In this document: piece by piece, positions 35,340-51,830 of the stretch
Layout of the letters: the number at the start of each line of letters is the position of its first letter
Numbering within the stretch: position 1 is the stretch's first letter
NCBI RefSeq assembly: GCF_009914755.1
Contig: NC_060927.1
From: the human T2T-CHM13v2.0 reference genome, Homo sapiens
Strand: one strand, 5' to 3'
DNA: 64,000 bases
The notes under the pieces: generated by a model
What the model saw: the letters and a program-made list of their open reading frames with translations, nothing else
Databases searched by the model: none
Told to the model about the DNA's origin: nothing
Translations under genes and position numbers: made by a program

Positions 35340-35995
35340 CCGGTGTCCATGTTCTCTGCTGCTTTTGAGGCCACAGCTAGATTGCATTTCCCAGTAGTTG
35401 GGTGTGATCATGTAACTGAAACTGGGCCAGTGGAATATGAACAGGCCTTGCCTTTAAAACCCCCATGTGCCTTTCTCACTCTCTTTTCCTGTCCAACCTC
35501 TGAACTCAGAGGACTCCATGGATCTAGAGGAAGGCAGAGCTATAAGACGGAAGGACCCTGGGTTACTGAATGACTGTGAAGAGCAGAGTTGCTGATCTAC
35601 ACAGGAGTGTGATATGAGTGAGAAATAAACTTTTTTGTTTGTTTGTTTTGAGATGGAGCCTCACTCTGTTGCCCAGGCTGGAGTGCAGTGGCGCAATCTC
35701 ACCTCACCACAACCTTTGCCTCCGGGTTCAAGTGATTCTCCTGCCTCAGCCTCCTGAGTAGCTGGGACTACAGGTGCGTGCCACCATGCCTGGCTAATTT
35801 TTGTATTTTTAGTAGAGATGGGGTTTCACTATCTTGGCCAGGCTGGTCTCGAGCTCCTGACCCCGTGATCCACCCGCTTCGACCTCCCAAAATGCTGGGA
35901 TTACAGGTGTGAGCCACCGTGCCCCGCCGAAAAATAAGCTTGTATTGTATTCATTGGGGTTTGGAGATTTGTTTCAGCAGCTAGTATTATACTAA
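35340..35995 (+). mobile_element. MaLR LTR (MLT1I/J-like), split by an Alu
   Basis: CATTTCCCAG..CATGTAACTGA, GGAAGGACCCTGGG..CTGAATGAC, GAGTGAGAAATAAAC. Confidence 0.7.
35631..35928 (-). mobile_element. AluS
   Basis: Antisense dimer. Confidence 0.95.
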
Positions 35996-36139
35996 ATAAT
36001 AGAATTAAACTTTCAAACTGCAAGTCCCATCAATGAAGCAGATGGTTACATAATCTAATCACCTTTCCTTACACTGAGAAAACAACAACCCAAATCACTA
36101 CTTTTTCAAGGCCATATCCTTTGACTTCCACTAGTCTCT

Positions 36140-36380
36140 AGGAGACTGTTTAGTAAGCAGATTGGACCACCTGGGCATTACCTTTAAATCTGCTATCCAT
36201 GTGCCCTGGGCAAGTTACCTCACCTCTCTAAGCCTCAGACGCTCCATCTATAAGATGGGGATAGTAATAGGACTGCCTGTAAGAGTTGCTGGAAGGAAAA
36301 AGTTGGTACCCTATACAGAGTGCGCAGCCCGGGATTTGGGATGTGGTAAGCACATGATAAATATTGGCTAGTAAAGGTCA
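36140..36380 (+). mobile_element. MIR
   Basis: GGGCAAGTTACCTCACCTCTCTAAGCCTCAG..CATCTATAAGATGGGGATA. Confidence 0.8.
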
Positions 36381-37480
36381 TCATTCTTTACAGATGTATC
36401 TTCATATTTCTGGCTGATGGTGGGGAAGGCCCACAACAGGACAAGCTGTGCCTGGGCAAAGGTGACTGAGTTTCTAGCAGTAAAGCAGTTCACAGTAACC
36501 AGGCTCTCCTCCTGTCCACCTCACCCTTTCCCTTTCCTCTCTTTTTAAATTCAAGCAACAGCTCACACAACCTTCAGACTTTGAACTAGGCTACTGTGAT
36601 CTGAGACCTGTTCATTCCACCCAAAATTTTTGAATAACTTTCATAGGATCCTTCTGGAAAAAGAGGATAATAGCAGTGACAACAACAATAATTCCTGATC
36701 GTTAAGTACAGTGCTTTTGAGTTTGTGAAGTTTTTTTTTTTCCACTCAAAATGCCCATGATGATTCTACCAGAGCATTTTTTTTGATGTTGGAAAATCTT
36801 ACAACATTCCCTGATAAGGCATGTTTCTGAAATGATTTCATAAAAATCGACAGTTTTGTATTAAAACAAGAAATAATTCAATTTCTGAGTGAAAGACTAT
36901 GCACTACGTAAATCTTTCTTGAGGAATTTAGAGGGGTTTTTTTTTTCCCTTGCACCTGACTGGATATATAAACATAGCTAGAGTCTTGGCTAATAATAAC
37001 ATCACAATGTGTACAGACCCAGCGCTCTTCAATACCTTTGCAGAGTTATTTGTGTCGGAAAGGATTTTATCATAAGCACATTTCTTCTCTCAGTATCACA
37101 TGATGCGCCATTGAATTTCCCATCATACAAACTTTCTAATCTCATTTACAGTCACAGAGGTTGAAAATAGATAACTAATCAGCATTTAAGTACCTTATAA
37201 TCTGTAAGGTAAACCAGATATGGCTAGACTGGCAGTGGAACATTCCAGAGGTTGCGGACTAGGGGATCCTGACTCTAGTCCATTATTAATAAGTTCTGCG
37301 ACTTCTACAGCCCCTGGATCTCACTGTGATTCAGATTCCATATGTGCAAATTGAGTTTGTTCCTCTAAGTTTCCCTCTAATCCTCATACAGTCAAATGAG
37401 TGTCATAATTCTAAATATTTCAGCTTAATTTACGACAGTGTCCTTACTCATGATTCAAGACAGACTGGGGCCACATATAG

Positions 37481-37838
<358 letters not shown>

Positions 37839-40053
37839 GCTGTGGCCTTTTCTTAGCCTAGGAAATCTGTACTGGGAGATCTGCCAGTTTCCTTGGCCTT
37901 AATCTTCTTCAGTTCTAACAAATGTTCCCATAGTGACAAGTTGTATTAGAGTTGACGTGGGCTGCTTTCTTCCCATTCTATTCTGTTCTATTCCATGTAT
38001 CTATTTATTTATTCTGTTTTACATTTAAATCTCATAGTGCTAAAGCAAACTTCTCTTCTGAGAATGCCTATTAGGCAGTTAGAGAACTGACCAAGTGACT
38101 AAATATAACTTTAAGACCTGACTTTGCTTGAGCTCTTCACCGGTTATTTAAATCTATTTAGAATTTAGCTATTTGGTTCATCTGATGGGTTGACAATTGA
38201 CTTAATAATAGTTATCCTTTGTCATAGGATTCTTCTTTTTCATGAAGTATTCTGAGAGTGAAATTGGGGATAATAGGGCACTTGAGAATGGGGTTAGGGA
38301 ACTGTAGATACCTGCAAATTTGCAAAATGCTGACAAACAAAAGAATGCAAACTAAAAAAGAATGGAGGCGATTTAGAAAGTTACATTTCTTTGACTCAAA
38401 GATAAGGCTTTACCAAGGAAAGCAGAAGGGTGGAATGGTTTCCTGTTTAAGTACTGGCTGAATAGGGTAGTCTGTGTGCCGTTTGTGAGAATGTTTCCTA
38501 ACAGGAGGAAGTCTGCAACGCACTGCAAAACCTAACCTGATCATACAGTATTTGATACCCTCGGACACAAATCCAGGCCTAGCCAAACCTCAGCGTAACT
38601 TTGGCTCCCAGCCAGTTTGATTCCTGTAATATTATTCAGTGTGAAACGCCATCGACCAATTTTATTATTTTTAGAGAATAGGACGTGAACTGATAGCCAA
38701 ATGGTAAATAAAACCCCACTCCCCCATCCAGTTTGTTGTGTACTGGGAAGCACTGGGTGTGCTGAAGAAACGACAAACAGCAGGGGTTTGATTCTTAAAA
38801 CGTTCCTGTACTCTAGGTTTTTGTGTCATTGTTGTTGTGTTCCTTATTTCCTTTTTGCCATCAATGGTGGCAGTTATTGGATAGGCCTTGGCCAGCGCTC
38901 CAGGGCTGCTGCTTTGCCCAGTGACTGTATCTTTCCTGTTAGCATGCTGATCATACTTGGAAACTATGAGTCAGTGAAATGCAGCCGCTAGCAGTGGGGG
39001 TGGGTAGATTACTAGGGAAAGTGCAGCCAAGACTTCCTGTACCAACTCAGGGCCATTATCTTTGGGGGAAGGTAGGAACTCACTATGGCAATAGGAACAC
39101 CTACATTCACCTGGCATTTGCTGTGTACTACATTGATTTAGGGAGGGTATAGGGGCACAAATTAAAAAAAAAAAAAAAAGAAAGAATTAAACCTTCTTTT
39201 GTAGACACCAGGGTGGAGCTTTGAGAGTCATGTTATAATATCCCTGTTATTGACACCTTCAACTTGCTATTAGTTGCTGAGACTCATTAACTATTCACAT
39301 TTGTCTGCCCTCATTCAACTCCTAGCAACTGCAGTTACAGTCCTATTTAAAATAATAGAGTAAGATTGGTAACATTACTGATTTAACAGGAAATTAGAAG
39401 ACTTACATTCATAGAGCTTAGGTAATTGACACCAACAGCACTTTTCTTGTAATTTATGCACTATGATTGATTTCATTCCCCTGCTAGCCCTAAAAGAATC
39501 TCTGAAGCATATTCAGCCATCAGATTACTGTGCAAAGGAATTAAATGAGTATTACCCTGCTATCTATTTCAGAGCTGGTAAAAAGTTTCTAAGTGGTTTG
39601 GAGCTCAGGAGTCAGTCTAAAATTATAATGCTATTATAAAAGAGTTCAGCTTTAGAGCATTTCTTTGTAAGTGACAACTGTGGATTCACATGAAAAGGGC
39701 TTATTACTGAAAACGAGGACAAAACTACAAGTAGGTCATTTGTTTATGATTTTAAGCGTATTTTTTTGTAAGCTATATATGTATTCCCCGGCTTACCCTA
39801 AAATACACTCACTAACCTATAACAGTTGTGTTATAAATGATCCATTTCCAGATGTTTATTTAGTGTGGTATTTGGATCATAATATATCGCCACGCTTCAT
39901 GCTTCTCACCCTCCACAATATAATTAACAATGCTGAGTGCAAGAAGTCTGATAAATGAGGAGGAAATATATTATTTAAGCCATGTATTCTACTCTGGAAA
40001 TTTCATGAAACACTGGCAAAGAAGAGGTAGTAAATCTACAATGTTCAAATAAA

Positions 40054-40054
<1 letters not shown>

Positions 40055-40085
<31 letters not shown>
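40055..40085. repeat. (ATT)n microsatellite
   Basis: About 10 units visible. Confidence 0.95.
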
Positions 40086-41307
40086 TTATTTTGCTATTTA
40101 TTGAGCAGAGTAGGCATGGTCTGGGATCTACCTGCTTATTTCTCTAGTTTCATGTTCTCTTTTGTGGGGCTGGGTCTAAGGAAACCAGTCTACACCCATA
40201 GGATTCTAGGACTCTGGGGCTCCTTGCACACAGCTCACAAGGGGACATGCCCAGAAATGGCCAGGCTCCAGGTATCCTAGGAGGAACTGACCTAAGGTAA
40301 GTCCAGTTGTTGACCTAAGGCAGTAACAGGTGTTGGGTAAAGTGCTCCTGCAAAATATTTTTAATATTACAAAGAAGCAGAATAAAGATATGACAGCCAT
40401 GTGTGAAAAAGTAAAATTCTGTGAAGATTAAGACAAGAGTAGGTTTAAGTACTTTCTTAGTTGCTATTCTGGGTAAAAATTCAGCTGACAGACTAGGATG
40501 AAAGCCTAGGTACGTCAATGATTCTTTGGATTCTTCTCAGTTAACTCAGTGCTTTCTTCATGTCAGTCTTCCACTCAGAGGTCATTGTCTTTTGTTTGTT
40601 TGTTTAACTTTAACAAAGTTTATACTTCGTATTTAGGAAAAAAATCAATCCTAAAGGGCTACTTTCAACATGGCGATATACATTATTTCAGTTAAATTCT
40701 TCGAACAACCATAATATCTATTGTATACACACACATTATCTTTGCTAATAACAGCAATGCAATGAATAACTACAATAGTGATTTAGCATCAGCTCATGTT
40801 TATATAGCACTGCACCAGCACATGCATCTATTTTTTTTCTTATGTACATCTCAAAAGATACCTATGAGGCAAACAGGACCAAAAAACACTTTTTGAGCCT
40901 CTGTGTGATCCAGGCACGGTTCCAGGGTTACCTCTTTAACAGTGCCAGTACTACAGAGTTGAGGGAGGTGGGGGGTGGAGCAGAATTTAAGGAGGCCTTC
41001 ACTCTCAGGGTCATGCCAGCAGAGGGTTAGCACCTGAGACCTGCCTCCTTAAATTGTGCATCCTAGGCACTTTGCTTGAAGAGACCTTCTTGATGGTGGA
41101 GTCTTGGTTGTTCTCAGGAAGGGGATGTAGGTAGCTGGTGGACAGGGGCAGAAGAGAGATTTGTCTCTTTGTCCTTCCTCATCATTTGGATTGTATACTA
41201 TACACAATTGTCCACTCAAAATCAAATTAGACAGCCACCACACTTACTCCCCCATCCATACTCTCAACTGATGAACTTGTCTTCAGTGAGAAAACTGAAC
41301 AATCAAA

Positions 41308-42086
<779 letters not shown>

Positions 42087-43740
42087 CGGACTCCTTAAAT
42101 TCCCATGGTCAGCCAAAACAGTGCTTAAAACTAAGCAGTCAGCTCCCTAAATGTATGCTGAATATCAAACAGGCTTCTGCAGCTTCCCAAAGTTCTGTCC
42201 TTACCCTGTCTTGTAAGACTTCCCCGTTCAGGCTCCATGTGCTATCTTCACTACATGTTTTCCATTTCCACCACTGGTGTCTTGTTATTCTTCTGGCCTA
42301 AGATGCCCTCCCCCAACTTTAGCCCTCTGTGTCTTAACCATGCTTCAGTACAGCTCATCTCCCACCTCTCTGTTAAGCCTTTTTTGTCCCTTCCAACTTG
42401 TCAGTCATTTCTTCCCCTTTTCACAAATTTAGAACCTGGAGTGACCTCGGTGAAAGGTACAAGAGTTGGAATTTTGTCTGACATCACTTTGTGTCTCCCT
42501 CAACACATACACAATGCCCTGCACATAGCAGATGCTCAATAAAGACCTTTGGACTGGCTGAAGACATTTTTATAAATTCATGCAACTGGGAATATTGTGA
42601 GAGTGGTGGGGTCTAAATTCTCCCTCCCCTAACACTCCCATGGAAATCTGAATTTCTTAAATGTAATTGAAGAGAGCCTCAGGCTCGCACTGCTTATTTC
42701 TGCCAAGTGTTAATTATGTGTGGAATCCAAGGGGATTTCCATGTATGGATTACAGGGGTATTATGAGGGGACATTAAGAAAGGCAGCTGTGGAGCAGGAA
42801 GACACTCTTTTATAAACTTTCAAAGACCAGCAGTTTTCTAATTTCTTTTTGGGGAGAGATCTGTTCTCCATGTCCTTTGTTTGTGCTTAGCGAAAAAGTA
42901 GAGGATACTTAACTTCCAAGAAAAAACCTTTGTCTGATTAGCTCTTTGCATTATTAGGATTCAAAAAAGAAAAAAAAAAGGGAAAATTCTCAATCATTTT
43001 CTCTGAATTACAACTGCGAAGATATTGTAAACCCTCACATTGTTGTCTAGGTCTTCATCTGGCCAAAGCCAACCAGCGAGAGTATGTACAAGAATCTCAT
43101 TCCAAAACATTTCTAAAAATGTTATTTTTAAAACAACTTTAACATTTCAAGTGAACGTAAAGTAATAGGATAAACCAGATTATCATCTGTTCTGTGTAGT
43201 CACTTGAAAAGCAACCTCTCCAACTTAAACATTTATTCCAACTTTGTTATTATTGCTCAAAATGAGACTGGTTTATCTTTGAAGCCACTTTTCCAGCTAC
43301 AGAAAGAAAATAACTCCTTCTTTCATAGTCACACCTCATTTTAAAACTCAATCTAATCTGTATTAGCTTGATCATGTGCCTCCTTTACCACATTTGGCAC
43401 CAGATGATTTTGGGCTGTTTCCCAAAAATGAAATCAAAGAACGAACATTTGCTAACATTAAAACTACTTCTGAAAAGCAAAGGATATAGACCCTGAAGGC
43501 AATTTCAAGAGAGGAGCCATAGAAAAGTTTTGAGTAATGGAATGAGTGTATTGTTGCCTGGGGTAGCTTTTTTATTTGAGACAATACTCATATTGACGTG
43601 GAAGAGTGTATATATTTCTTTACAATCAGTTTCCTCATCTTGTATGCACATCTGATATTTGAAACTCACTTTGAACTGAAGGAATGTTCTTAGTTGAGGA
43701 AGACTCTAGGTCATTGAAAAAAACAATTGGAAAGAAATTA

Positions 43741-44156
<416 letters not shown>

Positions 44157-44346
44157 TTAGGATATTAAGTACTCAAAAATGTTATTTTCATTTGCGAACA
44201 AAACATAATTTAGTAGAAAGAGGATCTTCAGGGACTTAAAACTTCTGAGTTCTAGTCTCATCTAATCATCCGGTGGCCTTGGCTAAGTCATTCAGACTTT
44301 CTGAGGTCCAGTTTTAAAATTACATTTGCAAAATTATATTATCTAC

Positions 44347-44739
44347 TGTGATGATAAATTTTGTGTCTCAACTTGGTCAGTGGTGATCAGATTTGGTCAG
44401 ACATTATTCTGGATGTTTCTGTGAGGGTGTTTTTGGATGAGATTAACATTTAAATTGGTGGATTTCAAGTAAAGCAGATTGCTCTCTATAATGTGGGTGA
44501 GCCTCATTCAATCAGTTGATGGCCTGAATAGCTCTCCCCAAGCAGGAAGGAATTCTGATAGCAGCTGGCCTTTGGACTTGATCTGCAATATTAGTGCTTT
44601 CCTGGGTCCCCAGCCTAATGGCCACCCTGTAGATTGTGGACTTGCCAAGCCTCCATAATTGTGTGAGACAATTTCTTAAAGTAAATCTTGTATGTATATC
44701 CTATAGGTTCTGTTTCTCTACAAAACCCTGACTAATATA
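44347..44739 (+). mobile_element. ERVL solo LTR (MLT2D/C-like)
   Basis: TGTGATG..TCAACTTG start, GGTTCTGTTTCTCT..ACCCTGACTAATATA end; perfect 5-bp TSD TCTAC. Confidence 0.9.
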
Positions 44740-47145
44740 TCTACGCCAAGGATTTTTTGCCCCAGGGAGGAACAAAGGCAGTCATGTATGGAGCTCTGCC
44801 TGCCCCAGGCCTGGATCAGGGCAGTAGCTTCGTAGGCATCAGTTTTCTTTCCCTGTTCCTGCCCTTTGCTTGTTGAGCCTTAGTTTTCTTATAAGAAAAA
44901 TGAACAGGTTAGACACATTAGGTAATATCTAAAGCCTCTTACAGATATGAAAGTCTGTGTATCTATATAAAATGAATTGCTTGGGCTGTAACATTCAAAT
45001 ACAGGCATGACCAAGTTGGGTTTCTGCCAAGAAAGAAGGGCATGGGCGTGCATTAAAGACTATTTATGTAGAAACAAACCTTTTCAGGGGTATGTAAAAG
45101 GTTCGGGGGACTAACGGGGAACTCCTGGTAGCCCTATAAATATACTTATAAGCCTGAATGCTTTCTCAGTGGTTGGGGGAAGTAAAGTATAATCTCTTAC
45201 TGTATGTAGAAATAACTGGGGAAAGCACCTACTTTACCTGTTAGTGCCTTTATGTGTGTCCCTGTTCACCTACTTAAGTGACTAAACTGGGGAGAGCAGA
45301 GTCTTTTGATGGATTGTAAAGAACTCAGGGGAACAGGTTGAACATAACACTAACCTTTGATCTCTGAAAATTTAAGGTCCAACACAGTGTTTGTTAGAAG
45401 CATAAAAGTAGGCCCCAGTGTATTTTAACTATATTCGTAGCAATTCACCAGAAATTGTTCTAGTATATTTCAGGACATAAGTGTTCTTTCCTTTCTTAAC
45501 CAGTGAAGTGGCTAGATACTTAAACATACTGGCTAGAGTACTTTGGATCTCTGAGTCTTAGATGAAATGATTGGGAAAATCCTTTTTAAGCTCTTTTGGG
45601 CTATATAAGGGTAAGTGATTGTTATTCTTAACAATACACACTCAGGCGATACCAGTAGTCTGAGGCTCAGTTGAAAGAAGTCTGGCTAAGAGGGCTTCCT
45701 TCCCAACGTCGGAGTTTCATATTTTCTTTCTGGCACACTCTGGGAGCCCTTGTCAGGTAGGCCAATGAGCAAAGTTAGCAACTGCTCACACAGCTTGAAT
45801 TCAGAGACTCAAATAAAGCTTCCTGCTCATCAGTCCAACTGCCCACAGCCAGCCACATGGGCTCTGAGCCACCAGGCTGTACCCTATTCTATTCCACGAT
45901 GTTTCCAGAGCCATTTTAGGCACATTCACCATCATGACAGTTCACTGCTTAAAAGATTCATTGCTTTTCCATTCCCTGTAGGGTAAAACCCAAACACCTT
46001 AGTATCCATAACATACAAGGTCTTTGGAAAACTATGGCCTCTTATTTCTTTAGTTCCATCTCTGCTGTAATTATTGCCCACTCTTCCATAGCAAAATTCT
46101 AGGCTCTGGGCTGTAAACTGTCATTCTGAGATTTGATATTTATTCAGCAAATAATTAATGCATGCCAAGTAAGGAATATCGGGCACTGTTTTTAAGAGCT
46201 GGGGATATGTCAGTAAATAAAATGGAGGCTACGATGTAGGGGAAAATGAATGATGAACATTATATAGCATATTAGAAAGTGATGAGAACTATAAGAAAAC
46301 CCAAGTGAGATAGGGAGCTTTAGTTATGCTGGGAGTGGGAATAGGGGGCTGCATTTTATATAGACAGCCCTCTCTGAGAAGGTGAGGGGATGTTTCACTT
46401 ATGTAGCATTATTGTAACAACAGCGAGCTGATAAAGGGAGCAAGCCATACACACATTTTGAGGAACAGCTTTCCAAGCAGAAGCAATGCATATCTGGAAG
46501 GTCTTGAGACAGGAAGCAACTACTGTGTTTAAGAAACAGCAAAAAGGCTGTGTGCTGAAATGCAGTGAGAAAGCAAGTGGATGGAAGGCGATTGGGAGCG
46601 GGTGGACGCTGGGCAGCGGGACCCGATATAGTAGGACCTTGAATGCCACCGTCAGAACTTTGGCTTTGACTCCATCAAACAGCAACTGGACGGTTTTGTG
46701 CAGCAGAGTAACATGGCCCATCTTCTGTTCTCAAAGGACCCCTTGGCTGCTGTGTTGTGGACACACTGAAGGGTAGAGGTGGGAAGATCAGTTGGGAAGC
46801 TGTTGCAATAACCAGGAGAGAAGATTATGGTTTAGACCAGGGTAACAGCAGTGGAGGTGTAAGAGGCAGTCAGGTTAGGGATCTATTTTAACATTACAGC
46901 TGTAGGGTTTGAATGTGGAGTGTTCCAATATTCAGATGACGGAAGATGGGTATAGCAAAGGAATTAGCAAGGAGATTGAGAAGGTGCAGTCAGTGAAGGA
47001 GGAGAAAGATCAATAGAGTAGCAACCCAGATACCAAGTGAAGAAAGTGTTTCCGGAAGGAACCTGTAATTAGCTGTATCAGATGCTGCAGAGAAGTTAAC
47101 TAGGATCACCCTAAAAACTGACCACTGGACTTAGCAGTATGGAGG

Positions 47146-47452
<307 letters not shown>

Positions 47453-48218
47453 AGAGGTTATTATTAACCTTAAGAAGAGCAGTTTTGGCCGAGTGGTTGG
47501 GGGAAAATGCCTGATTGGCAACAAGTAGAAGAAAAAGGGAGAAGAGGAATGAACACAGTGAGCCTAGATAACCCTTCAGAGCATTGCTTAGCTACAGAGG
47601 GAGCAGAGTAATGAGGCAGTAGCTGGAGGGACAGGGGGGTCAAGAGAGACTTCCCTGAACACACACCTTTGTGCCTTTCTGAGATGCGTTTCTCCTCATT
47701 CACCTGGTGAACTTCCACTTTTTCTTGAGGAGTTAACTTAGGCATATCTGTACTGACCTTTCGCTACTATCTGCACTGATTAATCAAAAAGGACTTACTG
47801 TGTACCTATTATGAAATAGACTCTAGTCAATGAACTCATTAATGAACAAGGAGCAAGCCTGATACGATATCTGCGTTCCTGGAGATTATGTTCCAATGGG
47901 AAGACAGAGAAGACAGAAATAAATAAATAAAATAACTGATTACTACAGATCATGGTGAGTGTGTGCTGGCCATAAACTGAGTGGTGTGATAGAATGTAAC
48001 ATGTAGTGGTCATGGAAGACCTCTCTAGGGGGTTGATCACTGAACTGAAACCTGAAGGATACTGCCATGGAATGAACGTTTGTGTCCCCGCCAGATTCCT
48101 GTGTTGAAGCCCTAATCCCCAACGTGATGGTATTTGGAGGTGGGGTCTTTGGGAGGTGATCAGATCATGAGGGTGGCAGTCTCATGAATAGGATTAGTGC
48201 CTTTATAAGAACAGACAT

Positions 48219-48814
<596 letters not shown>

Positions 48815-49000
48815 AATAAGAGACATGAGAAAGATGATTTCTCTCTCTACTACGTGAGGATATAGCAAGAAGGTGTTCACCTGCAAACCAAGAAGAAGGT
48901 TCTCACCGGGAACTGAATTTGCCAGCCCTGTGACCTTGGACTTCCTAGCCTCTAGAACTGTGAGAAATAAATGTGTTATTTAAGCCACCCTGTCTATGGT

Positions 49001-49393
49001 TGTGTCAGGCTGTTTTTGCATTGCTATAAAGAAATACCTGAGGCTGGGTAAATTATATAGAAAAGAGGTTTAATTGGGGCATCGTTTTGAGACAGTACAG
49101 GATATGTGGTGCTGGCATCTGCTTCTGGGGAGGCCTCAGGAAGCCTACAATCATGGAGGAAGGTGAAGGGGAGCAGGCACGTCACATGGTGAGAGCAGGA
49201 GCAAGAGAGAGTGCAGGGAGGTGCCACACACTTTTAAACAACCAGGTCTCATGAGAACTTATTATTGTGAGAATAGCACCAAGAAATTCATGAGTGATCG
49301 GCCCCAAACACCTCCCATCAGGCCCCGCCTCCAACACTGGTGGATTACAATTCAACATGAGAGTTGGAGGAGACAAACATCCAAATTGTATCA
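49001..49393 (-). mobile_element. MaLR solo LTR (MSTB-like)
   Basis: TTGCTATAAAGAAATACCTGAGGCTGGGTAA..AATTCAACATGAG..TATCA; perfect 5-bp TSD ATGGT. Confidence 0.9.
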
Positions 49394-49837
49394 ATGGTAT
49401 TTTTTGTTATAGCAGCCTGAACGATCTAAGACAGATATAGAGAAGACAGATATAGAGGAGCCAGCTTAGGAAGGGCCAGAGAGTCTTCCAGGCAGAGGGA
49501 ACCAACTCTAAGAGCAGAGGCCTTAAGATAGGAAGAAGTAAAGTGGTGAAAGAAAAGGGTCTCATGTGGCAGGGGTGGCCTGAGCTAGGAGAAGGTGGAG
49601 GGAATGAATAAAAGGAGGAAATGACCTAAGGCATAGGAGGCCTAGACAAGGAGTTTGAGTAGTGCTCTCAGTGTAGTGGGATTTTGGCAGAGGTTACTGC
49701 CCCTGAGCAGAGGAGAGATGCAGATGTCTTTGTTGCATGGTGGCAGTATAGATGGAGAAGGGCATGCATACAGACAATTTTGGAGGGAAACCAGCTGATG
49801 GATTGGGTGTAGTGAATGACAGAAAAGAAAAAATCAG

Positions 49838-50137
49838 GGCTGGGCATGGTGGCTCAAGCCTGTAATCCCAGCACTTTGGGAGGCCGAGGTGGGCAGATCA
49901 CCTGAGGTCAAGAGTTTGAGACTAGCCTAGCCAACCTGGTGACACCCCATCTTTACTAAAAATACAAAAATGAGCTGGATGTGGTGGTGGACGCCTGTAA
50001 TCCCAGCTACTGAGGAGGCTGAGGCATTAGAATCCTTGAACCCAGGAGGCGGAGGCTACATTGAACCAAGATCATGCCACTGCACTCCAGCCTGGGCAAC
50101 TGAGCGAGATTCTGTCTCAAAAAGAAAAAAAAAAAAA
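49838..50137 (+). mobile_element. Alu (AluSx-like)
   Basis: Full dimer; TSD AAAAAATCAG. Confidence 0.95.
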
Positions 50138-50759
50138 TCAGGAATTGTCTCTGGGGCATGAGCAGCCAGCTGGATGTGGTACCATTATCTGGAAGTGAGA
50201 TATCTAGAAAGAGGGAGAATGTAAGGCATAAGGATAAGAGAAAAAGTGGGGGTGGGAAATAGACACTGCTTGGAAAACAAAGTAACATCAGGGAGGTCTG
50301 GAAATAAAATGTTTCAAGTAGTTGGAAAGTCAACCAGATAAAATGCTGCTGAGAGACAGCAAGGGGTGCAGACTGAGAAATCATTAGTCTTAGCACTTAC
50401 TCTTCCATAACCCTCAAAGCTTGTCTAACAGTGATTCTTTTCTGCCTTTCTCCTTCATTATATGATAAATTGCTAGAGGGTTTAGACCTCCTTTTAAATT
50501 CACCTTTATCTCTCTGGGCTCAACAGGGTGCCTTAGGAACAGGGTAGACTGCACAGTTCCTGACTGAAAATAACACTGGCAAGGAAACACCCCAAGGTGC
50601 TATCAGCTGCCAGATGCCAGAAGGAAATGGAAGGGCCTGGACTGCTCCCTAAAGAGCCTGACCCAGAAGCGGTGTGTAACAGGTTCCACTCAATGCCTTA
50701 TAGGCTGAAAATTGCTCTGTCTTCTCAGAGCTAGAAAGGGTGTTCAGATAAGGCAGGGT

Positions 50760-50830
50760 GGGACCCTGACTCATGGACACACAATTAGCCGGCTTTTGTC
50801 TTTGAATCTGACTGGAAGTGACTCATGAGC
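50760..50830. promoter_or_regulatory. Paired AP-1 sites with ETS/AP-1 composite
   Basis: TGACTCA at 50767 and 50819; GGAAGT at 50814. Confidence 0.45.
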
Positions 50831-51374
50831 TGGAAAAAAACCCTTTGGAAACAAATGAAGGGGGAAAAAAGGAGGGTAAGCCACGACTGCATTTTACTCT
50901 GTTAAAATGCAGATCTGCTGTCCTATAAATGTAGAATACTGTACATTTCCTCAGCCTCCCTCCAACAAAGACCCAGGGGAAATTATTAAGCCTGACAATT
51001 CACTCATTTTCTCCAAGATTTTTATTAAATGCAATTTAGAGGGGATAAAGTTTCTTCTCTTTTCTCTTTCTATTCACTTGAATAAGCCCTAATTACCACT
51101 AGGGTACAATAAATGGGCTTCTAGAAGTCTGTGGCAATTGGCGATGCTTCCCCTTTAAATTAACCAGTTGAAGCCTCCAGTTTCAACAGCCACCAGGGCA
51201 CTTCCCGTCCACTCACAACTTGCTCAGTGCAATCTGAAGAGCATTTATTGAGCACCTTGTTATGGGGCACTGACATATGCTGCGGAGGATAGAAGACTTC
51301 TCGGGGGGTTATAATGGGGCTGGGGAGCTCTTGAACTCAACTGACATACTGTGTAAGTTAAACTAGTAAATGCC

Positions 51375-51830
51375 ATGGGATTTTTGGATTAGAAGCAACA
51401 AAAACACAAACTAGGTTAAACAATAAGAATTTGTGGCAAAAAATAATGGGCTGTCGCAAGGAATCGGGGGCAGGCAGGGCTGTACCAGGGACACAGGAAC
51501 CGATGCTGCCAATAACATTAGACTCCTGTTGGCCTCAGCGCTCTCTCCCAGCCTGTCTGGCTGTGGCTGAGGCTCTATCTTTGTTTTCTGCTCGATCTTT
51601 ATCTCTGTTTCTGCCTTCAGATTGGCCTTGCCTCTCCTCTCCTGACCATGGGAAACATGGTCATGTATGTTATAATATCTTGCAGTTTTAGCCCTGGGGA
51701 GAAACTGACTTTTTCACTTCCAGTTTCAAAATTTCCCAAGAAGGCTTTTGATTGGATTCAAATATGTCAGCTCTTCCCGCTGGGACCAATCCCCTGTGGC
51801 AAGGTGGGGGAGGGAAATTTGAGAAGGGCC
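51375..51830 (-). mobile_element. Old MLT1-type LTR relic
   Basis: AAGCAACAAAAAC..AACTAGGTTAAAC start and TGATTGG..GGACCAATC end resemble MLT1K/N2. Confidence 0.4.
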
